Of a stretch of DNA of 64,000 nucleotides, positions 62,304-64,000 are shown one piece after another. The stretch is from Candidatus Poribacteria bacterium (GTDB taxonomy: Bacteria; Poribacteria; WGA-4E; JAJDTR01). Numbering within the stretch: position 1 is the stretch's first letter; the number at the start of each line of letters is the position of its first letter. Position numbers and translations under genes: made by a program. The notes beneath the pieces were generated by a model. It made no database searches, was not told the origin of the DNA, and saw only the letters and a list, made by a program, of their open reading frames with translations. The stretch covers positions 2,624,001 to 2,688,000 of the forward strand of contig CBDCTK010000002.1 in the NCBI GenBank assembly GCA_965222225.1. Reading direction: 5' to 3'.

Positions 62304-63137
62304 TCAGTCGTTCGATTTTTCAGCCCCCGGCACATCGCGGTCCGGCAAGGTATAGCTCATCCAGCGCGTCAGGTACCGCTGTTCCGGGGTGAAGCGCTGG
62401 CGGATTGACGGCGGCATCCAGTAATGCCGGGCGTTGTGGTGATCCCACATGCTGCCGGACCGATTGCGGTGGTTGTACTGCAGAGTGGTGCGCCGACGGC
62501 TCGTGGTTTTGGCGGCCCCGGCGTGGCGGAGCGCTTCGGTAAAGAGCATCACGTCGCCGGGCTCGCCGGTGATTTCAATGGCTCCGGGCGTGTCGACCCC
62601 CGCCGTGGCCCAGCGCTTCGTGTCGAGTTTTAGATTACTCTTGTGCGACCCCGGGATGACGACGAAGCAACCGTCGCCAGGGTGATTGGGCGTGAGCATG
62701 GTGACCACGTTGAGCATTGGCGATCGGATTGTGCCGTTGCGCACAGTGTATTCCTCGATCGGCAGGCCGTTGTGCCAACCACTGGCTCCACGACCTTCAT
62801 ATTTCGAGATCGACCAGGTGTTCACGAGTTGCGGCTCGCCTATGAATTCCTGCAGGTAGGGAAGATAGGAGGGATGCGCGATGAGTTGGTCGAAAATGGG
62901 GTCGAGCCGGGGCAGGCCGTTGAGTCTAATCTGACAATCAATGTCGGTGTCTTTGGTGAAGTGCTTGCCTTGGACGACCGGCAGGCCCTCCGCCCAGCTT
63001 TCGTCGTGGTCTTTCGCCTCGTTTTCTACAACTGCCGCATCCAGTGCGTCGATCAAGTCGCGGTCTATGGCTCCGCGCAGGATTAGAAAACCCTGGAGAT
63101 CGAAAAGGAAACGCTCTTCTGCGGTAACTTCGTGCAT
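62304..63137 (-). CDS. PhyH-family Fe(II)/2-oxoglutarate enzyme with HxG motif
   Basis: FDLQGFLILRGA, WHNG, GDGCFVVIPGSHK, PGDVMLFTEALRHAG, RR. Confidence 0.85.
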   Translation of the reverse strand: MHEVTAEERFLFDLQGFLILRGAIDRDLIDALDAAVVENEAKDHDESWAEGLPVVQGKHFTKDTDIDCQIRLNGLPRLDPIFDQLIAHPSYLPYLQEFIGEPQLVNTWSISKYEGRGASGWHNGLPIEEYTVRNGTIRSPMLNVVTMLTPNHPGDGCFVVIPGSHKSNLKLDTKRWATAGVDTPGAIEITGEPGDVMLFTEALRHAGAAKTTSRRRTTLQYNHRNRSGSMWDHHNARHYWMPPSIRQRFTPEQRYLTRWMSYTLPDRDVPGAEKSND

Positions 63138-63570
63138 ATGAAAACTCCTGTTTTTGGGGCACTATCCTCAGTGTGATATCGAATGGTGCGCTGCTGATGT
63201 ACACCGTGTCATTGGCAATTGGCGCCGTTTTCCGTGAGCAGCGGGGCAGATGATCGAAGGGGCAGCAAAGCGTCTCCATAGGGATCAACTTAGGAGAGTT
63301 CGTCCGGTATTGGTGGGGTTTTCCGTCGTAAAACCCTTACCTTAGTCCCTATTGAGCGGGGAGAGATCTCTTTCGATCAACTGAGCGGACAGCGAAGGCG
63401 ATAGAAAATCCTTCTCCTTTTTCAGTCGCTTGATCCCCTTGAACATGTCCAGGGTTGTCGGTGTGCTGATGAATGTATTGGATTCATGGAGAAGCGAAAC
63501 GATGCCAACGCGCATAAATTAACTCTTATATCAGTTCGTTAGGATAAGGCGCTGCGTTGGAACGAGATAA

Positions 63571-64000
63571 CTAACCTACCTTTACCCCCTGGACTTCGAA
63601 GACCTCCTTGAGAAAATTCTCGCCCATGCGCCTGTAGCCTTCAGCGTCGGGGTGCAAGTCGTCGGGCAGATACGGGGCAAGGCTCGCGTCAAATAGTTTC
63701 AAACCATCGACGTAGTAAATATTCTTGTCGCCGTGGCTGCGAAAAGATTCGACGGCGTCTGCCACTTCGACGCGCATCCGCTCCAGTGTCATGTCTACAG
63801 CGTTGGGTGTTTTTTCGCGCGCCGGAGACCAGATGGGCGAGCAGACTATCAAGGGAACCTCGGGGTGGCCGTCGCGGATAGTGGCGATGGTGCCGATGAC
63901 GGCGGGGCGAAAGGTTCGCGGGCTCAGGGTCGATCCACCATAGATATTGATTCCCATTTTGACGGAAACAAAATCGGCATCAAGGTCACGGATGAGCCGG
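63571..64000 (-). CDS. SGNH/GDSL hydrolase (5'-truncated by window)
   Basis: GIN block III and DDLHP catalytic motif; the frame stays open to the window end. Confidence 0.8.
   Translation of the reverse strand, partial: RLIRDLDADFVSVKMGINIYGGSTLSPRTFRPAVIGTIATIRDGHPEVPLIVCSPIWSPAREKTPNAVDMTLERMRVEVADAVESFRSHGDKNIYYVDGLKLFDASLAPYLPDDLHPDAEGYRRMGENFLKEVFEVQGVKVG

Noticed and set aside
30521-63440. CRISPR array from the recurring GATCAA repeats
   Set aside because: Copies are dispersed and degenerate with no regular repeat-spacer period; no cas genes in the window.

Overview
Bacterial chromosome window, roughly mid-50s % GC by eye. The gene content resembles Ca. Poribacteria or similar sponge symbionts: internalin-type LRR proteins with cohesin/dockerin modules, PhyH dioxygenases, a sulfatase and many SDRs. 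That taxonomic call is inference only. Core genes (pyrD, pyrB, dapF, an acoABC-like 2-oxoacid dehydrogenase cluster, lpoB, rnj, leuS, comM) alternate with accessory blocks. These blocks are a two-pair restriction-modification island with a ParB-like gene (10.1-15.2 kb), a ~1,700-aa exonuclease-RecQ-UvrD fusion with a decayed comM duplicate (37.6-47.5 kb), and an AT-rich, IS-riddled region (49.7-57.9 kb). That last region holds an intact IS1595, an IS3 remnant, a decaying gamma-glutamylation operon, and a passenger-carrying IS1595 derivative with a nested IS701. The most striking unannotated signal is upstream of leuS-rnj: a complete classical attenuator made of a sigma70 promoter, a 39-aa leader peptide with a Leu-codon cluster, mutually exclusive 1:2/2:3/3:4 pairings and an intrinsic terminator. 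Other notable items are a PyrB carrying only the PyrI zinc domain, a PhyH-family enzyme with an HxG (halogenase-like) motif, and several dispersed intergenic repeat/MITE families. No rRNA, tRNA or CRISPR array was seen. All homology calls come from motif recognition, not database searches.
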